From Thermoplasmata archaeon (GTDB lineage: Archaea; Thermoplasmatota; Thermoplasmata; Lutacidiplasmatales; UBA184), in contig JAKIVS010000001.1 in NCBI GenBank assembly GCA_022750435.1, positions 286,895 through 350,894 on the forward strand: a DNA stretch of 64,000 nt, written 5' to 3'. Each line of letters starts with the position of its first letter. The stretch's first letter is position 1. The translations under genes and the position numbers were made by a program. The notes under the pieces are model-generated. The model ran no database searches and had not been told where the DNA came from. It worked only from the letters and a program-made list of their open reading frames with translations. Shown here piece by piece: positions 17,835 through 25,547 of the stretch.

Positions 17835-17865
17835 GCATAATGAGGTGCTGCACATCTCATTCTGC
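17835..17865 (+). other. Imperfect hairpin / TATA-like element upstream of the adenosyltransferase gene
   Basis: GCATAATGAG (17835-17844) pairs with CTCATTCTGC (17856-17865) at 9 of 10 positions, with an 11-nt loop. It sits in a locally AT-richer patch. Confidence 0.3.
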
Positions 17866-17927
17866 CCAGTCCACGGGCTGAGCTCGCCGATCGACGCGCT
17901 CCCCTGGCGACCGGAGGCCAGAATCGT

Positions 17928-18479
17928 ACGCGGCTCTACACCCGTACCGGTGACCGGGGCGAGACCGGCCTCAGTGGCGGTGCCCGCGTAGAGAAGACCT
18001 CTCCGCGCATCCGCGCCTTCGGCACCTACGACGAGCTGGGGGCGGCCCTCGGGGTCGCCGAGGCCGCCCTCCCGTCGTCGGAGTCGGAGGTGCGCGAGCT
18101 CCTGGTCCGCTTGCAGCACCAGCTGTTCGTGGCCATGAGCGAACTCGCCACCCCACCCAGCGCGAAGCCGCCCGCCCATCGGATCGGCGCCCGTCATGTG
18201 ACCGAGCTGGAGGCGGAGATCGACAAGTACGCCGGGACGATCGAACCGGTCCACGCGTTCGTCCTACCTCGCGGAACGCCGGCTGGCGCGACCCTCCATA
18301 TGGCCCGCACCGTCTCGAGACGCGCCGAGCGGGAATTGTGGACCCTGGAGGACGAGGCGGAACAGCGCGACGAACTCCTCCAGTGGGCCAACCGTCTGAG
18401 CGACCTCCTGTTCGCCGTCGCCCTGGTTGTCAATCGCCGCGCGGGATTCGTCGAGGTCTCTCCTAACTACTCCATCTGA
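17928..18479 (+). CDS. PduO-type ATP:cob(I)alamin adenosyltransferase (start codon non-canonical or mutated)
   Basis: In-frame extension of ORF 18090..18479. It reads (T)RLYTRTGDRGETGLSGGARVEKTSPRIRAFGTYDELGAALG...LPRGTPAGATLHMARTVSRRAERE, the family N-terminal and core motifs. The frame opens at 17844 and has no ATG/GTG/TTG before 18090. ACG at 17928 sits where the Met is expected, 10 nt after a GGAGG. Confidence 0.65.
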   Translation, partial: TRLYTRTGDRGETGLSGGARVEKTSPRIRAFGTYDELGAALGVAEAALPSSESEVRELLVRLQHQLFVAMSELATPPSAKPPAHRIGARHVTELEAEIDKYAGTIEPVHAFVLPRGTPAGATLHMARTVSRRAERELWTLEDEAEQRDELLQWANRLSDLLFAVALVVNRRAGFVEVSPNYSI

Positions 18480-18500
18480 CCTCGGGACGGAGGGATCTGC

Positions 18501-19697
18501 GTGGAGGTCGGAGTCGTCGGAAAGGCCAACGTCGGAAAGTCCACGATGTTCAACGCCCTCACCCTGATGGACGTCCCCGTCGCGCCGTACCCGTTCACGA
18601 CCGTCAAGGCGAACCGCGGAGTCGGGGCTGTGCGCGCTCCCTGTCCGCACGTCGGGCGCGGCACGCCGTGCCAGCCGGGAAACTCGAAGTGCGTCGACGG
18701 CACGCGCTGGGTGCCGGTCAGTCTGATCGACGTTCCCGGACTCGTTCCCGGCGCCCACGAAGGGAAGGGCCTCGGCCACGAGTTTCTCGACGAATTGCGC
18801 GGCGCCTCCGGATTCCTCCAAGTCACCGACGGGGCGGGCGCGACGGCGCCGGACGGCGTCCCGGCCACGGTCGGCGCCTTCGACCCGGCGGAAGAGGTCG
18901 AGTGGCTCCACCAGGAACTCGTCGAGTGGATCTCCGAGATCCTCTCCCGCGATTTCGCGAAGCACTCCAAGTCGATCGAGCTGGTCGGGGGCCCGGTCGA
19001 GGAGCTGCTGCAGGCCCGCCTGACCGGCCTTTCGATCTCCCCTGCCCACATTGCGACCGCGCTCCGGGAGGTACCCCTCGACCGGGCCCATCCCGCGCGT
19101 TGGACCACCGCCGAGCGTCGGGAGCTCGCCGTCGCCTTGCTTCGAATCTCCAAGCCGCGCTGGGTGGCGTGGAACAAGTGCGACCGGACGACCCCGGAGA
19201 AGGTCACGGAACTTTCGGAGCGCATCGCCCCCGTCCTGTCCTCGCCCACCTCCGCCGAGGCCGAGCTCACGCTCCGTCGGGCCGCCCGCGCGGGCCTGGT
19301 TCGGTACACTCCCGGCGCCTCCACGTTTGATATCGTCGACCGCGAGAAGTTGTCGGCCGGACAGCTGCGAGCGCTCGAGGAGATCCGCCACATCCTCACG
19401 ACCTGGGGGTCGACGGGAGTCCAGGGCGCCCTCGAGCACCTCGTGTTCGACGGTCTCCACGAGATTGTCGTGTTCCCGGTGGAGGACGAGCATCGGTGGA
19501 CCGACTCGAAGGACCGGGTCCTCCCCGATGCCTTCCTGGTCCCCGCCGGGACGCCGGTCCGAACCTTCGCCTACAAGATCCACACAGAACTCGGCGAGAA
19601 TTTCTTGAAGGCGATCGACGCCCGCACGAACCGGGCGCTCGCCGCCGACCACCCGCTCGAGGCGGGAGCCGTCGTCCGGGTGGTCACGAAGCGCTAG
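18501..19697 (+). CDS. Obg-family (YchF/OLA1-like) GTPase/ATPase with C-terminal TGS domain
   Basis: GTG start. G1 VGKANVGKST, then PYPFTT and G3 IDVPGLVPGAHEGKGLGHEFL. C-terminal TGS-like segment (VFPVEDEH...VRVVTKR). Confidence 0.8.
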   Translation: MEVGVVGKANVGKSTMFNALTLMDVPVAPYPFTTVKANRGVGAVRAPCPHVGRGTPCQPGNSKCVDGTRWVPVSLIDVPGLVPGAHEGKGLGHEFLDELRGASGFLQVTDGAGATAPDGVPATVGAFDPAEEVEWLHQELVEWISEILSRDFAKHSKSIELVGGPVEELLQARLTGLSISPAHIATALREVPLDRAHPARWTTAERRELAVALLRISKPRWVAWNKCDRTTPEKVTELSERIAPVLSSPTSAEAELTLRRAARAGLVRYTPGASTFDIVDREKLSAGQLRALEEIRHILTTWGSTGVQGALEHLVFDGLHEIVVFPVEDEHRWTDSKDRVLPDAFLVPAGTPVRTFAYKIHTELGENFLKAIDARTNRALAADHPLEAGAVVRVVTKR

Positions 19698-20688
19698 GAT
19701 CCCCGCCGGTCTCTTCGACCGGGGCCGCCACCAGGGACGCGCCGTTGGTCTCGGTGCGCACGACGAACGGTAGTCCGCCGGCGCGGGCGATCCGGCGCGC
19801 CGCCTCGAGTTCTCGCCCTGGCATCGGGAGCACAACGACCGACCCGCCGGCGCCGGCCCCGGTGAGCTTTCCGCCGACGACCGCCGGGCGGGCGGCCGCG
19901 AGCAGAGCTTCGAGCCGGGGGTGCGACACCCCCACCTGGGCGAGGAGTCCCTGATTCTCGTCGAGGAGTCGTCCCACCTCCGCCCGGTCCTCGGCGACGA
20001 CGGCGCGAATCCCCGCTTCCGCAAGAGCGTGGAACCGGTCCAGCAACGCTTCCCCGTCGGGGGCCGAGAGCCGCTCGCCCACCGCCCGGACCGCGCTCGC
20101 GGTGCTCCGGGGGATCCCCGAGTACGCCACGACCCACGACCACGAAGGGTCCTTGACCCGACGCACCGTCCAACGTCGTTCCCCGTCGGTGAGCCGGAAC
20201 AGCTCGGACTCTCCTGGCCCGTTCACCGAGACGTAGCCGCCGGCGACCACCGCCGCGGTGTCCCCGGGGCTCCCGACGCCTTGCGCCCCCCGCTCGACGG
20301 AGAACGCCCGCTCGGCGAGGCCGGCACGGTCGACCCCTCCCCGCGCCGCCGAGAACCCGGCGCTGAGCGCGGCGGAGAACGCCGCGCTCGAACCGAGACC
20401 CGCCGCCCTCGGAATCCGGGACGTGACATGGAGCTCCACGGGGGGCCCCCCCGTCCACAGCCGCTCGAGGGCGGCGTGGAAGTACGGGTTCGTGTCGGGC
20501 GCCGCGGAGTCCCGGTTGAGGCTCGACCGGGCGGACGGGGAGATTCCGACCTGGAGGGGGAGGTCGATCGCGAGGAGGAGTTCCGCGCGCCCGTGCACGA
20601 CGGCGTGCTCTCCGAAGAGGATGCACTTGCCCGGCGCCCGCGCGGCGAGCGGCAGGTTGGCCGGTGGGATCGGTTCCGACCCGCTCAT
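19684..20688 (-). CDS. mvk: Mevalonate kinase (GHMP family)
   Basis: 3' 334 codons of ORF 19684..21048, starting at the ATG at 20686-20688. Motifs APGKCILFGEHAVVHG, GLGSSAAFSAAL and GGKLTGAGAGGSVVVL. The start overlaps the upstream stop as ATGA. Confidence 0.85.
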   Translation of the reverse strand: MSGSEPIPPANLPLAARAPGKCILFGEHAVVHGRAELLLAIDLPLQVGISPSARSSLNRDSAAPDTNPYFHAALERLWTGGPPVELHVTSRIPRAAGLGSSAAFSAALSAGFSAARGGVDRAGLAERAFSVERGAQGVGSPGDTAAVVAGGYVSVNGPGESELFRLTDGERRWTVRRVKDPSWSWVVAYSGIPRSTASAVRAVGERLSAPDGEALLDRFHALAEAGIRAVVAEDRAEVGRLLDENQGLLAQVGVSHPRLEALLAAARPAVVGGKLTGAGAGGSVVVLPMPGRELEAARRIARAGGLPFVVRTETNGASLVAAPVEETGGDPSAS

Positions 20689-21233
20689 GAGGCCCCCCGG
20701 AGGGTCCGGACCTTCTTGCCGTGCGCCTGGGGGACGAGCGCGTGGGTGGCGCCCGGCCATGCGCCCGGGCCGGGGACGCCGCGCAGCCGGTCGAGGGTGA
20801 TCGCGAGGGCGGCCACCTCGCTGTGGGGCTGGTGGCCGACCGCGACGTTGTGGGTCGCGACCTGATAGAGGGCGGAGGGGACCTTGGCCCCGCCCACGAC
20901 GAGCAGGACGGCCGATGCCTTTCGCAGCTTCGGGGCGACCAAGTCGATCGGCTGCCCGTACATGGTGAGGTGGACGACGGGTCCGTCGAAGGCGCGGACG
21001 AGCGCCTTCCAATCGACGACCCCTTCGACACGGAAGGTGCCTCCCCATTGCTGGCCGACGCGGGCGACCCGACTGGCGAGTTCCTCGTCGGGCGGGTGGA
21101 GGTATAGGCGTTCGGCGCCGAGCGCGCGCGCCGTCAGTGCCACGTGGGTCGTGAGCCGGGGGTCGCGGCCGGCCCGATGGCCGACGCGGAGGACCGAGAC
21201 GCGCGGCCCGGCCCTACGCGGCCGGGATGGCAT
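20685..21233 (-). CDS. trm56: tRNA (cytidine56-2'-O)-methyltransferase aTrm56 (SPOUT)
   Basis: VLRVGHRAGRDPRLTTHVALTARALGA, followed by VVGGAKVP and HNVAVGHQPHSEVAALAI. Size (182 aa) and motif order match archaeal Trm56. Confidence 0.85.
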   Translation of the reverse strand: MPSRPRRAGPRVSVLRVGHRAGRDPRLTTHVALTARALGAERLYLHPPDEELASRVARVGQQWGGTFRVEGVVDWKALVRAFDGPVVHLTMYGQPIDLVAPKLRKASAVLLVVGGAKVPSALYQVATHNVAVGHQPHSEVAALAITLDRLRGVPGPGAWPGATHALVPQAHGKKVRTLRGAS

Positions 21234-21738
21234 GGAACCGTTCGATCCGGTGCCCGCGGTACTCGAGCTTGTCCGAGCGCTTGACGAGTCCCTTCAGGCG
21301 CGTCGGGGTCATCCCGAGCTCCTCAGCGACGTCGGAGAAGAATCGGCCGGGGTCCCCGACGGCGTCGAAGATCCGCTTCTCGAGCTTCTGGTAGTCCTTC
21401 TCGGGCATCGAGGCGATGGCGAGGATCTCGCTCACCTCAGCGAGCGGAGCGGTCGTGTTGATGTTCACGGTGGAGTAGTAGAAGTGGTAGCTCTTCTCCG
21501 GCTGGCGCCGGCCCTCCCGCGCCACCCAGCGGGTGTCGATCAGTTTCAGCTTCTCGAAGAAGACGAGCGCCTTGGCGCCCTCCTTCCCGAACTCGCGCTC
21601 GACGTCCTCGCCGGTGAGCCAGGCGTCGGCGAGTCGCTGAACGAGCTTCAGCTTCACCTGCGAATCGACGGCGCGCAGGATCGGGACGAGTTCGCTGATG
21701 TCGTTGACGACCTTGATGCGGTGCATGACGGCGGACAT
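21214..21738 (-). CDS. Conserved archaeal protein, probable winged-helix (ArsR-like) DNA-binding protein
   Basis: Internal ATG at 21736-21738 of ORF 21214..21870. The upstream part is Arg-rich junk that overlaps Nop10. The product MSAVMHRIKVVNDISELVPILRAVDSQVKLKLVQRL... has normal composition and a helical wHTH-like C-terminus (FFSDVAEELGMTPTRLKGLVKRS). Confidence 0.4.
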   Translation of the reverse strand: MSAVMHRIKVVNDISELVPILRAVDSQVKLKLVQRLADAWLTGEDVEREFGKEGAKALVFFEKLKLIDTRWVAREGRRQPEKSYHFYYSTVNINTTAPLAEVSEILAIASMPEKDYQKLEKRIFDAVGDPGRFFSDVAEELGMTPTRLKGLVKRSDKLEYRGHRIERFHAIPAA

Positions 21739-21742
21739 GGTT

Positions 21743-21919
21743 CTACGTTCCCTCGGCACGGACCTGGTCGAACAACGCACGGCGGTACTTGCCCCACCGG
21801 TCCTGCGGAGAGTAACGGGCGGGATGCGGGCTGCGCGTCGCGCCGTGGCACTGCGGACAGACGTCCGCAAAGGTGTAGCGCGGGCACGCCCGGCACACCT
21901 TGAGGATCGACTCCGTCAT
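21743..21919 (-). CDS. nop10: H/ACA RNP protein Nop10
   Basis: 58-aa product MTESILKVCRACPRYTFADVCPQCHGATRSPHPARYSPQDRWGKYRRALF. It has the zinc ribbon plus the PxRFSPxDxxxxYRR signature. It is hidden at the 3' end of spurious ORF 21743..22849. ATGA overlap with the aIF2-alpha stop. Confidence 0.85.
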   Translation of the reverse strand: MTESILKVCRACPRYTFADVCPQCHGATRSPHPARYSPQDRWGKYRRALFDQVRAEGT

Positions 21920-22692
21920 GCGCGGGCGAAGCTCCCTTGGCCGCCGGCGGCCTTGATCGAGGCGATCGCCGCCTCGGTGGCGTGCTTCAGCGTCTCTTCG
22001 GCCTGCTTGTACTGCGTCCCGGCGACCTGGATGCGGTAGCGGGGAGCGCCGACGTAGACGACGGTAACCGCCTCGGCGTCGACCGCTTCCGCGACCTCGA
22101 GCGCCTTGCGGACGTTCTCCACCCCGGCCGGGGAGGAGTCGGTGATCTCGAGCGTCCCGCGGATCGCGATGTGCGGCGGGACGATGTTCTCTTGGGCAAT
22201 CTTGAGGAACGCGGTGACCCAGGCGACCTTCCCGCCTTCCTTCTGGAATCGCTTCGGGTCCGCGGCGGCGACCTCGAAGGCGCCGAACAGGCTCCCGTAC
22301 CGCTCGATCAGCGTCTCCGCGAACGTCGAGTGGGTCTCCTCGGGCGTGATCTTGAGGCCGGCCGCGACGAGATTGAGGAGGCGGACCGCCTTCTGCTCGT
22401 TCTTCCAGCTCTGAATCTTCTCGCGGCGCTGGTGGTCGTTGATCCGCTTGAGCGAGAGGTCGATCTGGTTCTTCGCCGGGTCGAGCCGCAGCACGCGCGC
22501 GACGATCTTCTGACCTTCGCGGATGTGGTCGCGGATGTACTTGACCCACCCCGTGGCGACCTCGGACAGGTGGATGAACGCCTCCCGGCTCGCGTACTCG
22601 TCGAGCGTGACGAACGCTCCGAAGTTGCGGATGGAGGTGACGGTACCGACGACGAGCTCCCCTTCCTCGGGGAACTCGGGCCTGAGCGGCAA
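21916..22692 (-). CDS. Translation initiation factor aIF2 alpha subunit
   Basis: S1 domain EEGELVVGTVTSIRNFGAFVTLDEY..EAFIHLSEVATGWVKYIRDHIREGQKIVARVLRLD, plus the helical and alpha-beta C-terminal domains. Confidence 0.9.
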   Translation of the reverse strand: MPLRPEFPEEGELVVGTVTSIRNFGAFVTLDEYASREAFIHLSEVATGWVKYIRDHIREGQKIVARVLRLDPAKNQIDLSLKRINDHQRREKIQSWKNEQKAVRLLNLVAAGLKITPEETHSTFAETLIERYGSLFGAFEVAAADPKRFQKEGGKVAWVTAFLKIAQENIVPPHIAIRGTLEITDSSPAGVENVRKALEVAEAVDAEAVTVVYVGAPRYRIQVAGTQYKQAEETLKHATEAAIASIKAAGGQGSFARA

Positions 22693-22707
22693 GAGTGAGG
22701 TGTCTCC

Positions 22708-22881
22708 CTACGTGACGGTCCGCACGAGTTCGCCGCGCAGCTTCGCGAGGCCACCGGTCGGGGTGGCGAGCGTCGCTCCGCAGACGGAGCAGTTCACGGT
22801 CGTCGCGGGCCGGCTGAACATGGTCTGTTCGCCGGAGCAGTCCGGGCACTTGACGATCCAGAACGGAGAAGGTCCGCGCAT
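22708..22881 (-). CDS. rps27e: 30S ribosomal protein S27e
   Basis: Hand translation gives MRGPSPFWIVKCPDCSGEQTMFSRPATTVNCSVCGATLATPTGGLAKLRGELVRTVT. This is a C4 zinc ribbon (CPDC...CSVC) typical of eS27. It is under 60 aa, so it is absent from the ORF track. Confidence 0.85.
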   Translation of the reverse strand: MRGPSPFWIVKCPDCSGEQTMFSRPATTVNCSVCGATLATPTGGLAKLRGELVRTVT

Positions 22882-22897
22882 GGTTCGATGATCCGTC

Positions 22898-23182
22898 CTA
22901 CTTGTGCTCCACGATCTCGAGCTGGCTCGCGCGCCAGCTCGCGGGTTTCACGATGTACTTGCACTTGCGGCAGCGGAACTTGAGGTTGACGCGCCGAACA
23001 GCCTTCGCACGGCCCTCGGGCTTGGGGCGCGGAAAACCACCGTAGCCGCTGGTCGCCCGGCGGAACCGGCGCTGGCCCCACTTCAGCTCGGATGCGGGGC
23101 GCTTCTTGTCCTTCTCCACCTCGTGCTCGGTGTGCACCTTGCAACGGGGGCAATAGGTCTTCACGACCTTGGGATAGTGCAT
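22898..23182 (-). CDS. rpl44e: 50S ribosomal protein L44e
   Basis: 3' 94 codons of ORF 22898..24004. MHYPKVVKTYCPRCKVHTEHEV...GYGGFPRPKPEGRAKAVRRVNLKFRCRKCKY, the C4 zinc-binding eL42/L44e signature. Confidence 0.9.
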   Translation of the reverse strand: MHYPKVVKTYCPRCKVHTEHEVEKDKKRPASELKWGQRRFRRATSGYGGFPRPKPEGRAKAVRRVNLKFRCRKCKYIVKPASWRASQLEIVEHK

Positions 23183-23359
23183 CGGCGCCGCCGAGCCGGG
23201 GGGTGTATTTATCGTTACGCGCGCGGGCCGACGACGTCGAGCAGCGCGCCCCGGGCGCCTCCGACCGGCCGACTCCGGACCGCTCGCCGAATGCCCGGTC
23301 GGACCCCCGGGGGGCGGCATCCGTAAGGCGTTCGCGCGGCTCCGGTTCCCCGGCGGGGA

Positions 23360-24160
23360 GTGCCCATGACGGACCCGGTGGGCGACAGGATTGAGGTCGT
23401 CGTCCGACCGGCCGAGAGCATCTACCGAGCGTCGGGCGAGATCCAGAACGGCACGTTTCGGGGCCGGTGGCATTTTTCGTTCGACTCGTACTGGGACCCG
23501 CAGCACACCCAATTCGGGAACCTGCGGGTGTTCAACGACGACACCCTCAGTCCCGGGTCGGTCTGGCCCCTCCATCCCCATGTCCTGAACGAAGTCGTGA
23601 CGTACGTGGCGGCCGGCGAGTTTCGCCACGAGGACGAAGGGGGGCTCGGCGGCGTCCTCCACCAGGGCGGCGTCCAGCACACGACGGTTGGGAGTGGGAT
23701 GTACCATTCCGAGATCAACCACCGTGCCGACATCCGACTGCGGTTCGTGCAGCTCTGGTTCTTCCCCGAGGCCCTCGACCTTCCGCCGTCCGTCGAGCAG
23801 CGGGACGTGGAGCGTTCCGAGCGGACCGACCGGTGGCTCCCTCTCGTCTCTCCGCGCCACCCCGGTGCGCTCCCGCTCCGGGCGGACGCCGCGGTCCTCG
23901 CGAGCTCGGTCGGGTTCGGTCGTACGGTGGAGTACAACGTCGAACCCGGGCGAGGGCTGTACCTGTACGTCCTGGAAGGCGGGCCGGTCACCGTCGGCGA
24001 GCAAAGCCTTTCGGCCTTGTCGGCGGCCCAGATCCGAGGCGCGGGGCCCGTACGGACCGTCGCCGAACGCCAGGCCGAGCTCCTTCTCGTCGACGTGAAC
24101 CTGTCGAAAACGACACCGCCCCGCCCGCGGATGCCCCCGACGACGCCCAGTTCCGGGTGA
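23360..24160 (+). CDS. Pirin-family bicupin protein
   Basis: WPLHPHVLNEVVTYVAAGEFRHEDEGG and GVQHTTVGSGMYHSEIN (cupin His/Glu motifs), followed by a second cupin half. Confidence 0.7.
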   Translation: MPMTDPVGDRIEVVVRPAESIYRASGEIQNGTFRGRWHFSFDSYWDPQHTQFGNLRVFNDDTLSPGSVWPLHPHVLNEVVTYVAAGEFRHEDEGGLGGVLHQGGVQHTTVGSGMYHSEINHRADIRLRFVQLWFFPEALDLPPSVEQRDVERSERTDRWLPLVSPRHPGALPLRADAAVLASSVGFGRTVEYNVEPGRGLYLYVLEGGPVTVGEQSLSALSAAQIRGAGPVRTVAERQAELLLVDVNLSKTTPPRPRMPPTTPSSG

Positions 24161-24172
24161 CGGCTGTCCGCG

Positions 24173-24748
24173 CTACGGCCGCGCGGTCACCGAGCCCGAA
24201 CCCGACCCGGAACCGGCGGGAATCCCGGCGGGTCCGAGGGCGGGGACCGGTGTCTCGCGACTCGGGCAACGGGCGGCCCCCACCGGCAAGACGGACCGGC
24301 AATTCTCGCAGAACCGGGCCGGCCCGGGACGGGCAGACCTACCGGCTCCAGTCGGACCGAAGAACTCGGACTGATCGGGATCGGCGAACGGGTCGGGCTG
24401 CTCCTCGTACTCGAACAGGATCGCGAGAATCCCGCCGATCACACCGAGCAACACCCCGAGGAAGAAGCCGCCCCCGGCCAGAAGGCTCGAGAGCGAGAGC
24501 AAGAGGAGGACAATCCCGTAGACGGCGTGGTGCTCGGGGCTTCGATAGAGGAGGGCGGCGAACACGACGACAAGGAGTCCGATCAGCACCCCGAGGGCGG
24601 CCAGCCCTCCCAGGAGGTCGCTCGCCGCCGGCGAGCCGAGGTCCCCGGCGATGCTGCTCGCCAGGGAAAGGACGAACCCTTCGAGAATCATCAGAATGCC
24701 CGCGGCGAGCGAGAGGGCGAACGCCAGCAGAGGGCGGTCTTCGTCCAT
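24173..24748 (-). CDS. Membrane protein with a C-terminal partly degenerate zinc ribbon
   Basis: Internal ATG at 24746-24748 of ORF 24173..24847. Four hydrophobic helices, an acidic linker, then FCENCRSVLPVGAARCPS. Confidence 0.5.
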   Translation of the reverse strand: MDEDRPLLAFALSLAAGILMILEGFVLSLASSIAGDLGSPAASDLLGGLAALGVLIGLLVVVFAALLYRSPEHHAVYGIVLLLLSLSSLLAGGGFFLGVLLGVIGGILAILFEYEEQPDPFADPDQSEFFGPTGAGRSARPGPARFCENCRSVLPVGAARCPSRETPVPALGPAGIPAGSGSGSGSVTARP

Positions 24749-24856
24749 CGGCCGAGACGTTCCGAATTCCCCCCACGGAGTCCCGCGATATGCCCGTTTG
24801 GGCCGTCGGTAAACCCCGACGAGAGCCGCGGGGAAAAACCGCCTCAACGCTTATGT

Positions 24857-24885
24857 AAGGGTGCAAACTCGGCGGCCTCACCCTT
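24857..24885 (+). promoter_or_regulatory. Hairpin in the L1-operon leader, directly before the Shine-Dalgarno
   Basis: AAGGGTG (24857-24863) pairs with CACCCTT (24879-24885), a 7-bp stem with a 15-nt loop. It is followed by GAGGAG (24887-24892) and the ATG at 24895. Confidence 0.4.
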
Positions 24886-24894
24886 CGAGGAGAA

Positions 24895-25533
24895 ATGGCC
24901 GACCGGTCTTCCATCGACGTCGTCACGGAATCGCTCCAAAAGTCGAAGGAGCGAGCGTTTCCGGAGACGGTCGAGGTCGCGATCAACATCAAGGACCTCG
25001 ACCTGTCGATCCCGAAGAACCGCCTCGAGGACGAGGTCCCCCTCCCCAACGGCCGCGGACGCAACGTCCGCATCGCGCTGTTCGGAACGCCCGAAATGTG
25101 CCAGAAGGCGAAGGCGACCGCCGACATCGTGATGGCGCCGGCCCAGCTCGATGAGCTGATGAAGGACAAGAAGGCCGCGAAGAAACTCGTCGACGAGGTC
25201 GACTTCTTCCTCGCCGAGGCCCCCCTCATGCCGACGATCGGTAAGCGGCTCGGCGTCGTCCTCGGCCCGCGCGGCAAGATGCCGCGACCGGTGCCGCCCG
25301 GCGGCGACCCAACGAACATCATCAACGCCATGAAGCGCTCCGTCCGGGTCCGGACGAAGGGCAACCGCACCTTCCACGCCCCGGTCGGCACCCGCGCGAT
25401 GCCGCCGGATCAAATCGCGGCGAACATCGACGCGCTCCTGGCGCGCATCATGGGCAAGCTCGAGCGCGGCCGCAACAACATCGAGTCGGTCTACGTCAAG
25501 ACGTCCATGGGTCCGGCAATCCGTCTCTGGTAG
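24895..25533 (+). CDS. rpl1: 50S ribosomal protein L1
   Basis: ETVEVAINIKDLDLSIPKNRLEDEVPLPNGRG...ADIVMAP..LGPRGKMP. Canonical uL1, in the archaeal L1-L10-L12 order. Confidence 0.95.
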   Translation: MADRSSIDVVTESLQKSKERAFPETVEVAINIKDLDLSIPKNRLEDEVPLPNGRGRNVRIALFGTPEMCQKAKATADIVMAPAQLDELMKDKKAAKKLVDEVDFFLAEAPLMPTIGKRLGVVLGPRGKMPRPVPPGGDPTNIINAMKRSVRVRTKGNRTFHAPVGTRAMPPDQIAANIDALLARIMGKLERGRNNIESVYVKTSMGPAIRLW

Positions 25534-25547
25534 GAACGAGAAGAACG

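Noticed and set aside
17749-17991. 80-aa ORF between the RHH gene and the adenosyltransferase (MERGCMETLG...)
   Set aside because: No motifs. Its 3' end overlaps, out of frame, the conserved N-terminus of the adenosyltransferase. The region more likely holds the promoter and leader of that gene.
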